DNA from: Thainema sp.
GTDB taxonomy: Bacteria; Cyanobacteriota; Cyanobacteriia; Phormidesmidales; Phormidesmidaceae
Direction: 5' to 3'
NCBI GenBank assembly: GCA_052168235.1
Contig: JBQLZK010000019.1
Location: 1-64,000 of the forward strand
Length of the DNA stretch: 64,000 nucleotides
The notes under the pieces are model-generated. The model was not told the DNA's origin. It made no database searches and worked only from the letters and a program-made list of their open reading frames with translations. Each line of letters opens with the position of its first letter. The first letter of the stretch is position 1. The position numbers were made by a program, and so were the translations under genes. Shown in pieces: positions 39,074-48,960 of the stretch.

Positions 39074-39684
39074 GCAGTCCACAGCGGCAAATCTTCGGGT
39101 CGGTCAATGTCGGGCAGCGGATTGAGCAGTGCGACCGAGAGGCGGTGACGATTTGCGATCGCAAGGGTCTGCTGTAACACACAGCTTTTTCCCCAGCTAA
39201 TGGTCTCAAATAGCTTAGGTTGTGGGGTTTTCAGCCCTACAAGGTAGTAGCCACCGTCTTCAGCCGGACCTAGGACGACATCGTGGCTGTTGAGCTGAGT
39301 GAGAGCCTGGGTAATTTGCCAACCACCGATGCCGGGGCAATCGCTGCCAACCATGAGTACGCGCCGCAGTCCAGACGCAAATCCCCGCTCAAAAGCATAA
39401 TTCAGTTTTCGCCCCAGATCGCCGTCACACTGGGGCTGAAGTGATACCTGAGATCCCAGCCAATCGGCCATTTGCGTGAGCGTGCCGTCAGCAAAATGAA
39501 CTTCTAGAGCCAGCTGATGATTACGGCAAACCCTTTGGAACCGTGCTAACAAATATTCTGTCATCTGTCGCTGGAACTGCGCGGCTCCCTCTGGCCCCAA
39601 GACCGGAATGAGTCGGGTCTTGGCTCGACCTGGCTGGGGAAAGCGAGTCACCATAAACAGCCCAGCTTCAGTAGTGGCTCCCAT
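39031..39684 (-). CDS. TIGR04282/DUF2064 transferase (arsenosugar/rSAM-associated)
   Basis: PGRAKTRLIP, GDLG, GSDCP, LGPAEDGGYYLVG, DIDRPEDL. Confidence 0.88.
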   Translation of the reverse strand: MGATTEAGLFMVTRFPQPGRAKTRLIPVLGPEGAAQFQRQMTEYLLARFQRVCRNHQLALEVHFADGTLTQMADWLGSQVSLQPQCDGDLGRKLNYAFERGFASGLRRVLMVGSDCPGIGGWQITQALTQLNSHDVVLGPAEDGGYYLVGLKTPQPKLFETISWGKSCVLQQTLAIANRHRLSVALLNPLPDIDRPEDLPLWTAYSGASSSSPQMRL

Positions 39685-39828
39685 ACCGATGAATACTCAA
39701 AGCGTTAACGTCCTCTTTAAGGTAAATTTTTGAGGCAAATTAACTGTGAGTCTAAAGGCTGAGCTGAGATTGATATCAGCCTTTAGATATAGGCATTAGA
39801 TTTTATTGGAAATAAAGTTTTTGGGGTT

Positions 39829-39875
39829 GGAAATTGTTTTGTAGCACGGCGGAGCCGCGCTACAAAACAATTTCC
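39829..39875. terminator. Long hairpin downstream of corA
   Basis: GGAAATTGTTTTGTAGC..GGCGGAGCC..GCTACAAAACAATTTCC. Confidence 0.55.
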
Positions 39876-39899
39876 GATAAAGTCTATTGAGTCACTAAG

Positions 39900-41051
39900 C
39901 TATCCTCGGGTGATTGTTGAAAAATTATCAAACCATCCCCGTCGCCAGAAGAAATAGACCATGCCTACAGCAATGCCAATCATGACGATCCAAACGGCTG
40001 GATAGCCCCAATACCAGTTCAGTTCCGGCATATTGAAAGGGGAAGCATCGGGATTAAAGTTCATGCCGTAAATACCCGCCACAAACGTCAGCGGAATAAA
40101 AATTGTTGAAATTACCGTCAAGGTTTTCATCACCTCGTTCATTTTGTTGCTGACCGACGAGAGATAGACATCCATCAAGCTGGATGCTAGTTCACGATAG
40201 GTTTCCAGCATGTCCAATGCTTGCACCACATGTTCATAACAGTCGCGCAGGTAAACTTTTACAGCGGGACTAACCAGAGTACAGTCATCTCGCAGCAGGG
40301 CAGAGATGGCTTCTCGCTGCGGCCAGATCGATCGTCGCAGCGACAGCAGCTCTCGCTTCAGTTGATGAATTTCAGTCAGCGTCTTGTTAGTCGGTGCGCT
40401 GGTAACTTCTGCTTCTAGGTCTTCAATTCGTTCACCGTAGGATTCCAATACTGGAAAGATGCCGTCCACAATTGCATCAATTAAGGCATACAGCAGATAG
40501 TCAGCTTGGCGCTGTCGGATAATTCCTTTATTCAGCCGAATGCGATCGCGGATAGGTTCGAAGCAGTCATACTGAGGTTCTTCCTGCACCGTAAGCAGAT
40601 AGTTAGAGCCGAGAACAAAGCTCACCTGCTCATTCAAAAAGCAAGGCTGGTCAGGTATCATCATCACCATGTGCAGCACCGTAACTAGCTGATCCCTGTA
40701 GTCCTCGGATTTTGGACGCTGCGGTACGTTAACAACATCTTCTAGAACGACAGGATGTAAACTAAAAACCTGCCCAATCCGCCGCCAAGTATCTTCTTGG
40801 CCCAGACCATCAATGTTGATCCAGGAAACCGATTCCGTATCTAAGTGAGCAGCACAGTCTTCGGGATCTGCGATCGCTAATCGGATGGCGTTATCCAAGT
40901 TATAGTCAATTAAAACAATCTTCGGTGGGCTAGCACCCGCTTTAATTTGCAACGTACCGGGCATACTACCCGGCTGGTCGTAGGTATAGTCAACGTAGCT
41001 GCGCTTTGCCGGACTAATGCGCCGATAAATTTTTCTGCCCAAATTAGCCAT
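39900..41051 (-). CDS. corA: Magnesium/cobalt transporter CorA
   Basis: QRPK, YGMNF signature, MPEL. Confidence 0.95.
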   Translation of the reverse strand: MANLGRKIYRRISPAKRSYVDYTYDQPGSMPGTLQIKAGASPPKIVLIDYNLDNAIRLAIADPEDCAAHLDTESVSWINIDGLGQEDTWRRIGQVFSLHPVVLEDVVNVPQRPKSEDYRDQLVTVLHMVMMIPDQPCFLNEQVSFVLGSNYLLTVQEEPQYDCFEPIRDRIRLNKGIIRQRQADYLLYALIDAIVDGIFPVLESYGERIEDLEAEVTSAPTNKTLTEIHQLKRELLSLRRSIWPQREAISALLRDDCTLVSPAVKVYLRDCYEHVVQALDMLETYRELASSLMDVYLSSVSNKMNEVMKTLTVISTIFIPLTFVAGIYGMNFNPDASPFNMPELNWYWGYPAVWIVMIGIAVGMVYFFWRRGWFDNFSTITRG

Positions 41052-41451
41052 ATATGTTCTCCGTAATTGCGTTCTCCGGGGTTGCTGATCTGATCATCTT
41101 GCACGTTGTCTCAGAGCGCCATATTGTGTAGCAACAAGCAGCCACAATATAGCGCTCTGGGTTGACGCACAGCTGGAGAAGCACTAATCCAACCATTCCA
41201 CAGCGTAGTGATTGCCCACTTGATTGCCGATCAGGAGTGGCAGCCTGTGGTGAAGATGGACGGGGAACATTGTCTCGACCGGGGAAGCTCTGTGATTCAG
41301 CAGATGATGGAACAAATCCCCTTACTAGTTAAAGCCGGTAGTCTTTGGCCGATGACAGAGGACAATTGGCCGACCCTACATGTCTACCCACAACCGTTCA
41401 AGCAGCAGAATTCAGAGGCAACCTGCCAAGTGTATCCAACGGCTACAGAGC

Positions 41452-42228
41452 CTAGCTCACGGCCCGCATCCGCTTTACGTTCCCGCCTATTATGCCTACT
41501 GCAACCAAACCCAAAATAGCGGCAGGTTCAGGCACATCTTCGGTGACAATGCTCAATCTATTGATGCCCAAAGCAGCCTGTGGCACAGAAGAATATAAAA
41601 CCAGCTTGGCAATATCGGCTTGATCGCTACGAACACCAAAGAACGCGGCAGAGTTATCAAGATCAAGGGAAGATGTGCCAGGGGTTTCGAATGAGGCGAT
41701 TAGGTTCCCCAATGGATCGAACGCTTCGATAAAACCCGTAAAGGTAAACGCATCATCCACAGCTAATTGAGTGCCTGCACCAAAAACAGGCGTATCGAAT
41801 AGGATAGTCAACGGCCCCGGATTGCCAATCGCCGGAAAAACAGGACTCGGATCAAACCCGGTAAATAGAATAAAATCCCCTGGGGCAAAATTAGTCGGAA
41901 TACCGCTCGGAATGGGATTCGTCACAAATACAAATGGTGGCGTAATACTGGCCGTGCTGGGCTGAGGAATATCAACATTAATGCCTAATCCATTCTCTGA
42001 TGTAGCGGCAAAACTACTCGGCAAAAAGGCAGTGGGATCGGGCGCAAATGGATTGAACACTTTGCCCAGACTGGCCCAATCAACCTGATCGTTGCCACCC
42101 AAAGCTGAGCGTTCGGTGATAAAAGTAGCCGCATCTGCTGGAAGAGAAGCTGTTAATAGAGCCGTACAAGCGGCCCCGGTGACTAAAAAGATTTTAGAAA
42201 TGCGATCGCAACATTGTTTATTTAACAT
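41452..42228 (-). CDS. PEP-CTERM sorting-domain protein
   Basis: Signal peptide; C-terminal VPEP + TM + basic tail. Confidence 0.85.
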   Translation of the reverse strand: MLNKQCCDRISKIFLVTGAACTALLTASLPADAATFITERSALGGNDQVDWASLGKVFNPFAPDPTAFLPSSFAATSENGLGINVDIPQPSTASITPPFVFVTNPIPSGIPTNFAPGDFILFTGFDPSPVFPAIGNPGPLTILFDTPVFGAGTQLAVDDAFTFTGFIEAFDPLGNLIASFETPGTSSLDLDNSAAFFGVRSDQADIAKLVLYSSVPQAALGINRLSIVTEDVPEPAAILGLVAVGIIGGNVKRMRAVS

Positions 42229-42396
42229 TTGAATATAGGTTTAATAAAGATTCGTTTTTCAAATTGTTTGCACCCAAATATATAAGGTCACACTACCTAA
42301 GACGAGCAGGCCATAATCAGAGTTTTCACAAACTGTAAGTAAATATTCTTATCCCGTTCGCTCAGCACTTATAGTGATTCCAGTTAAGAGTGAGAA

Positions 42397-42443
42397 AACG
42401 AAAGAGCAGAGTGCCTCATCCTAAGGCACTCTGCTCTTTCGTT
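42397..42443. terminator. Terminator hairpin after the CocE gene
   Basis: AACGAAAGAGCAGAGTGCCT...AGGCACTCTGCTCTTTCGTT. Confidence 0.65.
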
Positions 42444-42465
42444 CTTATCTAGAACCGCTATAGCA

Positions 42466-44241
42466 CTAATTTGCAGACTTAGGAATAATCGGTAATACCA
42501 CATAAGAAGGGCTAACTGCCGTGTGGTGAACCGTCTGAGTGGCGGAAACGGGATTGGCTTCAGTGGGAATGTACCGTCCCGTATTGGGATTGCGATCGAA
42601 ACGGGGATAGCTGCTGCTGGAGACTTCTAAGCGGATTTGATGACCTTGGAAGAAGACCTGACTAGTCGGCCAAAGATTAATCGTGATTTTTGTGGGTTGA
42701 TCGCTATTTTGAGGATAATTGCGGCGTAAGATGCCCTCAGAAACGTTATAAGCACTGCCGTCAGGATACACATCAACCAGCTTAGCCGTGAAGTCGGTAT
42801 TCGGTGCTGTGGTTGAAACTTGCAGGGTAAGCTGCACTGGCCCTGTGACTTCGACATCCTGCTCCAGCGGTGGTGTCGTGTAAACTAAAACGTCATCGCG
42901 CGCTTCCACTGCATTTTGCGGTTGAATCCCCGCGTTTGGCCCCAACATGGCACCCCCTGCGCTGGGCACTGGGTTATTGGGATCATAGACAAAGCGATCG
43001 CTAGATTCATCTTTAACAGGAAGCTCTAGGCTGAGGCTACCGTCTCCATTAAGCGTATTGGCCTGCCCGTTACTGTGCAGATAGTACCGAGTGTATTCCG
43101 TGCGAGCCAGCGGCCATTCCGTTTCATCACGCCAGGTATTTAAACCCATCACGTAAATGCGAACAGGTGCAGGATAAGCGGTTTGAGGCGAGTCTTTCAG
43201 ATGCTGCTCAAACCAGGGCAAGCTAGAACCAATGCTTTCGAGCCGATAGTTGCGGGGTTCAGTGCCGTCTGGAAACGTGACGGTATTGGCATGAACCCAA
43301 GGGCCGATAATCAGACGAGATGCTTGTGCCACTTCTGATTCAGCATTAGCCTGAATCTGCTGAAAGTCAGCAATCTGGGTGGGCAAAAACGGATCGTACC
43401 AGCCCGCCATTAAAAGTGCTGGAGCCTTCAGCTCATCGGCTTCTATCCGATCTACCGACCGCCAATAATTACTCGCTTCGGTTTCGCTCGCCCAGGTATT
43501 GAAAAATGAAATATCGCGTACGGCCCGATCATCTGCCTCCAGCAGCGGCCAGCCCTGATATCCTTGCTGTAGCTGCTCTTGAGGTAGGGGGATATCCTGC
43601 TTGCCGTAGCTGAGCGTCGCCCAATACAGCGCACTTTCCAGCGAAAACGCGCCACCGGGATAAAACATGCGGTAAAAGTCGGTGCTGCAAATTTGTAGAA
43701 TCAGCGCCGACAGCCCCGGATCAACCTGATCGGCCAAGATCCACTGGGTATAGCCAAAATAGGAACCGCCCCACATGCCAATTTTGCCGTTATACCAGGA
43801 CTGCTGAGCAATCCAATCCAGCGTTGCTAAACCATCCTGAGTTTCGTTCAAGAACGGTGGATCATAGCTGCCGCCCGATTCATAGCGCCCGCGCGTGCCC
43901 TGAATGACGGTCGTATAGCCATGACTGGCCCAGAGATGACCAATCGTGCGGGCAAATAGAACGTGCTTGATTTTCTTTGAGTAGGGAATTCGCACCAAAA
44001 TTGTCGGCGTTGGTTCAGTCGTGCGGGGATGGTAGATATCGGCCACTAGCGCTGTATTATCAGGCGCTTTCACGGTTACATGTCGCTCTAACCGTACACC
44101 GTAGATAGCGGGTTCATAGCCGAGTTGACGCCCAAGCCAGAAAACTGCGATCGCACTTCCATTTGCTATAACTAAAACAACGATGCAGGTCAGTACTGCC
44201 AGCACCAGCCACAGCCATTGTTTACGTAGGAAACGAATCAT
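42466..44241 (-). CDS. CocE/NonD family (S15) hydrolase with N-terminal TM anchor
   Basis: RGRYESGG, GGSYFG nucleophile, GWYD, GPWVH, SSSSYPRFDRNPNTG; ATGA overlap with the upstream gene. Confidence 0.9.
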   Translation of the reverse strand: MIRFLRKQWLWLVLAVLTCIVVLVIANGSAIAVFWLGRQLGYEPAIYGVRLERHVTVKAPDNTALVADIYHPRTTEPTPTILVRIPYSKKIKHVLFARTIGHLWASHGYTTVIQGTRGRYESGGSYDPPFLNETQDGLATLDWIAQQSWYNGKIGMWGGSYFGYTQWILADQVDPGLSALILQICSTDFYRMFYPGGAFSLESALYWATLSYGKQDIPLPQEQLQQGYQGWPLLEADDRAVRDISFFNTWASETEASNYWRSVDRIEADELKAPALLMAGWYDPFLPTQIADFQQIQANAESEVAQASRLIIGPWVHANTVTFPDGTEPRNYRLESIGSSLPWFEQHLKDSPQTAYPAPVRIYVMGLNTWRDETEWPLARTEYTRYYLHSNGQANTLNGDGSLSLELPVKDESSDRFVYDPNNPVPSAGGAMLGPNAGIQPQNAVEARDDVLVYTTPPLEQDVEVTGPVQLTLQVSTTAPNTDFTAKLVDVYPDGSAYNVSEGILRRNYPQNSDQPTKITINLWPTSQVFFQGHQIRLEVSSSSYPRFDRNPNTGRYIPTEANPVSATQTVHHTAVSPSYVVLPIIPKSAN

Positions 44242-44708
44242 GGCTGTCTCCGAGTACGATAACCCCAGCCCCACAGCCAAAGGTAAGTGGCAAGGACAAA
44301 GTGAAACACAATCGGGATTGTTCCTTCGCCCAGCCAGCGGCGTTCTGGATAGACGGTCATGGTGGCAACGTAGCGCACTGCCATTGCAGTCGCATATAAA
44401 TAGCTAAAGTACTGTAGCCCTTTACCAATCAGCGGTTTTGGCTGTTGAAAGAAGCCTGACTGCTGGGCAAAGTCGATATTGATTTTGATTTGCAGGCAGA
44501 GAATGATAATTTGAGTCGGTAACAAAATTGGATAAGGTAGCAAACCCGAATACCAGTGGGGCATCGGCGGCAAAAAGGGAACCTGCCAAACCACAACGAG
44601 AATTTGCCCTAGCACCCGCAGAAAAAACAGCAGCGTCAAGCCCCACAGCCAGCAGAGCGGATGGCGAGTCGGCATTAACGATGCTAGTAACTTAGCAGGA
44701 TGGGGCAT
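44238..44708 (-). CDS. Hypothetical 4-TM membrane protein
   Basis: Hydrophobic segments, WYSGLLPYP, IPIVFH; overlaps both neighbours. Confidence 0.7.
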   Translation of the reverse strand: MPHPAKLLASLMPTRHPLCWLWGLTLLFFLRVLGQILVVVWQVPFLPPMPHWYSGLLPYPILLPTQIIILCLQIKINIDFAQQSGFFQQPKPLIGKGLQYFSYLYATAMAVRYVATMTVYPERRWLGEGTIPIVFHFVLATYLWLWGWGYRTRRQP

Positions 44709-46365
44709 GGGGTATAGGATTCTTAGTCATGAGATAGGTTTGCAGGATCGCTGAAATATCCTCAGAAAGCGGCTCTGGGCATAGCACCGACCATTTGTAC
44801 TGCACATCACGTTTACCCTGAGCAATGGCCTGCCGTTTGATAGCTTCGGCCCAGCCCGGACGCATCCAGTGTAAGCAAGGTGGCTGTAACCGCTGTGAAG
44901 CCCGCTTTTGAGCATACTCAGCATTGACTTGAGCTAGAGTCTGATCGAGCACTGATAAGACCCGATCTGGATCAGTGATAGAAGCATCCTGGGTCAACTC
45001 TAGGTGAAGCTCGTAGCGCATGGCGGTGGGGTTTGCCACTAGGCGATAGGCAATGATCGCTAAGTTTAGCTGATGCTGAAGAGTTGCGATCGCAGTTAGC
45101 ACATGATTGACATGTAGCTTTTCACCCGTAAGGTTGCTCATGTCTCGTCCCTTGCGTAGGAAGGCAATCACAGGCGATTGATGGTAACGACCTGTGACTT
45201 CGACAATGTCATTGATGTGATAGCGATAGAGGCCACCGGGAGTGGTGAGTAAGATTTGATAGCGCTGACCAATTTCTAATTCATGGCTCAGCAGAATCGA
45301 TGGATCAGCTTGTTCTGCTTCGGCTTCAGGAACGAACTCATAGAAGTTGGTGTTGAGATCGAGCAAACCGCCAGCCGTATTATCCTGATAGGGAATCGTT
45401 ACTCGCGCTTCGCTGGCCAAGTAGCCCAAATCGCGAGTCGGTAACGCACCATAATCAGCGGTTAGCTGCCGAGCTTGCGCCCCCACAGAGCCACCCGTCC
45501 AGCAGCCAAGCAGTTGCAGATGTGGCCAACAATCTTTTGGTTTGAGTCCACCTGTTGCGTCAACAATTCGTTCAAGCTGTCGTGCCCGCTGAGGATTCGC
45601 TACGAGGTTGAACTGGGTTGCAGCAGGCAGACATTCGCCCATCGTACCGTCATGAATAGCGCGAATCAGCGACTCGCTGTGCTGACTCATGACCCGCGCT
45701 AAGCGGTTCAGCGTGCTGGGATTGGGCGTACAGAGAAATGAAACGACCCTGGCTAGGGCAAACCGAGCAATGGCCCAGTAGCGAGCGTCGTAATCTGTAA
45801 TCTCGAACACTTCGTAGGGCACAGCATAGTGACGACGAATCAGCGGCGGAATCTGCTGATAGATGCGGCCAGACAAGCTACCGTAGGGAATGCCGCCGTC
45901 CGTATAGCCTTCAACCGCAGGACTAACAACACCAACGATGCCGCCGTTCAAAAAACGAGGGTAGTTGCGCCAAATTCGGTAGAGCCACTGACGCATCAGG
46001 GCTGAGCCGCTTTGCTCGACACTGGGCGTGACGGGGATGTATTTGGCCTGCCCCGTCGTGCCGCTAGTCATCGTGAACATGCCTACAGATTCGCGCACCA
46101 GAATATCTGGCTCACCTGCCATCATCTGCTGCACATAGGGCCGAAAGCCTTCGTAGTCTCGAATCGGGACGGCCTGCCGATAGTCAGCCGGAGTACGAAT
46201 TTGATCAAACCGATGCTCCCGACCAAACCGGGTTTTCGCATGTCGCTGGAGTAGCTGCCGCAACACCTGCTGCTGTGCGATCGCAGGATACTGAGTCGCC
46301 TTTTCCAACTGCTGCATCAGCGGATAGCCTTGCCAACGCAGCGCAGTCGTCATCAACCAGGACAT
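44692..46365 (-). CDS. GH3-family acyl-adenylate/amide ligase
   Basis: TSGTTGQAKYIP P-loop, YLASE, FYEF, GGLYRYHINDIV, GEKL; RBS GGAGG before MSWLM. Confidence 0.88.
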   Translation of the reverse strand: MSWLMTTALRWQGYPLMQQLEKATQYPAIAQQQVLRQLLQRHAKTRFGREHRFDQIRTPADYRQAVPIRDYEGFRPYVQQMMAGEPDILVRESVGMFTMTSGTTGQAKYIPVTPSVEQSGSALMRQWLYRIWRNYPRFLNGGIVGVVSPAVEGYTDGGIPYGSLSGRIYQQIPPLIRRHYAVPYEVFEITDYDARYWAIARFALARVVSFLCTPNPSTLNRLARVMSQHSESLIRAIHDGTMGECLPAATQFNLVANPQRARQLERIVDATGGLKPKDCWPHLQLLGCWTGGSVGAQARQLTADYGALPTRDLGYLASEARVTIPYQDNTAGGLLDLNTNFYEFVPEAEAEQADPSILLSHELEIGQRYQILLTTPGGLYRYHINDIVEVTGRYHQSPVIAFLRKGRDMSNLTGEKLHVNHVLTAIATLQHQLNLAIIAYRLVANPTAMRYELHLELTQDASITDPDRVLSVLDQTLAQVNAEYAQKRASQRLQPPCLHWMRPGWAEAIKRQAIAQGKRDVQYKWSVLCPEPLSEDISAILQTYLMTKNPIPHAPSC

Positions 46366-46379
46366 CAGCTCAACCTCCC

Positions 46380-47555
46380 TCACACTGCGGGAACGGACAG
46401 CGCAGTTGGTAGAGAAATAATCTGGTGAGCATATTTCTCTAGCAGCGCGTCCTGAATTTCGACTCCTAATCCTGCACCCCGTAATCCTTTCGCTAATCCC
46501 CGATGCCCAAAGTGAATTGGTTGGCGGCTGATATCCTGACTCAGCAGCAGCGAACCGTATGATCCCTCTGTGAACACAACGTCCGGTAAGTACGCTGATA
46601 AGAATCGTCCAGCGGCTGAAAGAATGGCTGTTTCGCCCACCTGGCAGCCAACCTGAATTTTTATGCCATTCGCCTGAGCCAAATCTGCGATCGCAATTGT
46701 CTGAGCCAGCCCGCCACACTTAGACAGCCGCAGATTAAAAAACTGACAGGCTTTAGCATCGATTAACGCCTGAGCATCAGCCAAAGTAATCAGCGATTCA
46801 TCAGCCATCTGGGGAATAGGAGACTCAGCCTGTACGATTGCCAGTTCTGCCACATCGCCACGGGCAATCATCTGTTCAGCGCTATCGATGGCGTATTGCG
46901 CTAGGGTTTGGCAAGTTGCGATCGCAGTTTCGACGGTATAAGCTCCATTGCCGTCAATTCGCAGCGAAACATCCGGCCCAACCACGTCACGAATGGCCGC
47001 AATCCGATCCTGATCGGCTTCACCTGTCACTTTGACCTTGATATGAGGTAGGCCAAACTGCTTGTATCGCTTAGCATGTTTAACGGCACCTTCAACACTG
47101 CTGGCGGTAATCACACCGCTGTAGGTTACGGTTGACCGCTGAGGCGGTAAAAGCTCTGCCAGAGATACGCCCTGACTCTTGAGCAAACAGTCTACTAAAG
47201 CTAGCTCAAACCCGCAGCAAGCTGCATTCCAGGCAACTACAGTATCAGTTGCACCAGTTGGTAACGTGGCGGCAATTTGATTCAACCAGTCGAATGCTTT
47301 TTCGCCTGACCACGGGGCATAATCTGTCTTTCGTACCGCAGGCCAGAGTGCCCCAACCATGTAGCGTAAACAAGTCTCAACCGTCTCTCCTGTCACATAG
47401 GGACGCGCCACAGCTTCACCGTAGCCAACTGTTCCGTCGTCAGCCTGCAAACAGACTACGATTGAGTCGGAATAGGTGCGCGACTTGATGCTGTGGGCAA
47501 AGGCTTCCACAAACGGGATTCGCAAGGCAAACAGGGTGGCTTCAACGATTTGCAT
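46380..47555 (-). CDS. Enolase superfamily (MLE/dipeptide epimerase subgroup) enzyme
   Basis: GYGE, KVK, DGN, EQ, ADES, NLRLSKCGG, GCQVGET. Confidence 0.85.
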   Translation of the reverse strand: MQIVEATLFALRIPFVEAFAHSIKSRTYSDSIVVCLQADDGTVGYGEAVARPYVTGETVETCLRYMVGALWPAVRKTDYAPWSGEKAFDWLNQIAATLPTGATDTVVAWNAACCGFELALVDCLLKSQGVSLAELLPPQRSTVTYSGVITASSVEGAVKHAKRYKQFGLPHIKVKVTGEADQDRIAAIRDVVGPDVSLRIDGNGAYTVETAIATCQTLAQYAIDSAEQMIARGDVAELAIVQAESPIPQMADESLITLADAQALIDAKACQFFNLRLSKCGGLAQTIAIADLAQANGIKIQVGCQVGETAILSAAGRFLSAYLPDVVFTEGSYGSLLLSQDISRQPIHFGHRGLAKGLRGAGLGVEIQDALLEKYAHQIISLPTALSVPAV

Positions 47556-47611
47556 AGTGACCTTACATGGTGAGACATGGCTGTATGAAGGATCTCGGAG
47601 GTTGATTTTTC

Positions 47612-47687
47612 GTAGGTTGGGTTGAGCAACGCGAAACCCAACGTTTTCGGAGCTTGTTGGGTTGAGTGATAACGAAACCCAACCTAC
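47612..47687. repeat. GTAG-type REP element
   Basis: GTAGGTTGGGTTGAGCAACGCGAAACCCAAC...AACCCAACCTAC; inverted relative to 21078-21154. Confidence 0.78.
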
Positions 47688-47691
47688 AAAA

Positions 47692-48402
47692 TTAGAGCAT
47701 GTGTGTTGCTTGGGCTAGAGCGAGTTCACCAAAGTAATGCTTAATAAAGACATTCTCGCGGAAGGTAATATCTAGAATCGTTTCTAGCTCATCGGCTTCA
47801 AATTCGTAGTAATCAACATACTGCTCGACGCTGTCCAGCCCTTCTTCGGCGTGGCGAATGTCTACTTCCGAATGGTGATAGAACCAGGCTAAACTCTCGG
47901 AATCCAATTTTCGATGGCGTTCTAGAGCTGTACCAAGGCGACTAGCGAGCCGCGACAGCATCCACTCAAAGCAAGTTACTTCCAGCAGCACTGAAAGACC
48001 CAATTCGCGAATCGTGCCAAACAGTAGCGGGTCAGTACAAAGCGTGTAAATCTCAGCCTGAGCGGCTTGAGCTAGCTCAGCTTGTTTTGCAGCATCAAAT
48101 CCAGCGGCCTTTGCGAGCTGATGTAGCAAATCGGGATGACAAATTTCTGCCTCATCCAGACCCATCTCTTCCATCAGATTGTGCTTAATTTGCGGCGCAG
48201 CAGCAGGCGGCGCAACCGAGTAGAGAAAGGCTAGAATCTGCGGGCTTTTCAGGTGAGTCTGACAAAGTCTAAACAAAAACTCATCGTATGCCGCGCGGGA
48301 TGCCTGCCCCTGTTCAATCTGCTGAAACAGGCTCGACTGCTCAAATGCCTCAACCTGCTGGGCATACTGGTTTTCAATCAGTTGACGAACGGCCAGAGTC
48401 AT
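47692..48402 (-). CDS. Haem-oxygenase-like diiron oxidase (HDO; CADD/PqqC-like)
   Basis: NLMEEMG...H, FEW, HHSEVDIRH (H-x3-D-x2-H) ligand set. Confidence 0.8.
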   Translation of the reverse strand: MTLAVRQLIENQYAQQVEAFEQSSLFQQIEQGQASRAAYDEFLFRLCQTHLKSPQILAFLYSVAPPAAAPQIKHNLMEEMGLDEAEICHPDLLHQLAKAAGFDAAKQAELAQAAQAEIYTLCTDPLLFGTIRELGLSVLLEVTCFEWMLSRLASRLGTALERHRKLDSESLAWFYHHSEVDIRHAEEGLDSVEQYVDYYEFEADELETILDITFRENVFIKHYFGELALAQATHML

Positions 48403-48559
48403 GAGGAAGGCTCCACTAAGATTGGATCAACCGTGTATCAACCAGATACTATCCGGTCATCTTGCGGTATTTGAGCCTAGACTGCCCACTTTGCCAACTG
48501 AACTATCACGGAACCTCTTCGATGAGGTCAACGTAATAAATACCAAGAAGAACGGATGC

Positions 48560-48718
48560 CTAATGCAGAAAGTGGGCAAGCAGCTGATCAACGAGATAAT
48601 CCGAGGCGATTCTCACTCCCATAACCGCTAGGACAATCATCAGAATGTCAACTTTGCTGAGGCGACGAGGGCGATTAGGACGTTGTGCTCCATTCAGAGG
48701 AAACCTCCGGTTAGGCAA
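48560..48718 (-). CDS. Putative small membrane protein (about 52 aa, below the ORF-track cutoff)
   Basis: Translates as MPNRRFPLNGAQRPNRPRRLSKVDILMIVLAVMGVRIASDYLVDQLLAHFLH: basic N-terminus and hydrophobic helix. Confidence 0.4.
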   Translation of the reverse strand: MPNRRFPLNGAQRPNRPRRLSKVDILMIVLAVMGVRIASDYLVDQLLAHFLH

Positions 48719-48960
48719 GGTAAAGATTGACGAGCGCTTTACTTGCTCAGTTATTCATCGGCTAACTCCAACAAACTCATAACGAACCCGAGCCAAATAA
48801 ATCATAATCATAATGACTACGACTTAGCAACCTATTTTTTAGTTCTCAGAGGACTGCAAAGGCTAAAAGGGCTGTGAGGCTGTATTTGAAATGTGGCCTC
48901 AGTCAGGCTTAATATTTCTTTATAATTAGTATTAATCGTTTATTGGATAAGGAAAAAACC

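Noticed and set aside
41112..41519. ORF 41208-41519, and a hairpin at 41112-41159 as a Mg riboswitch
   Set aside because: The ORF has no recognisable family and overlaps the PEP-CTERM gene end; a single hairpin does not match a riboswitch I can support
46366..46719. 118-aa N-terminal extension of the GH3 ORF
   Set aside because: Overlaps the enolase-family gene in another frame; an RBS supports the start at 46365
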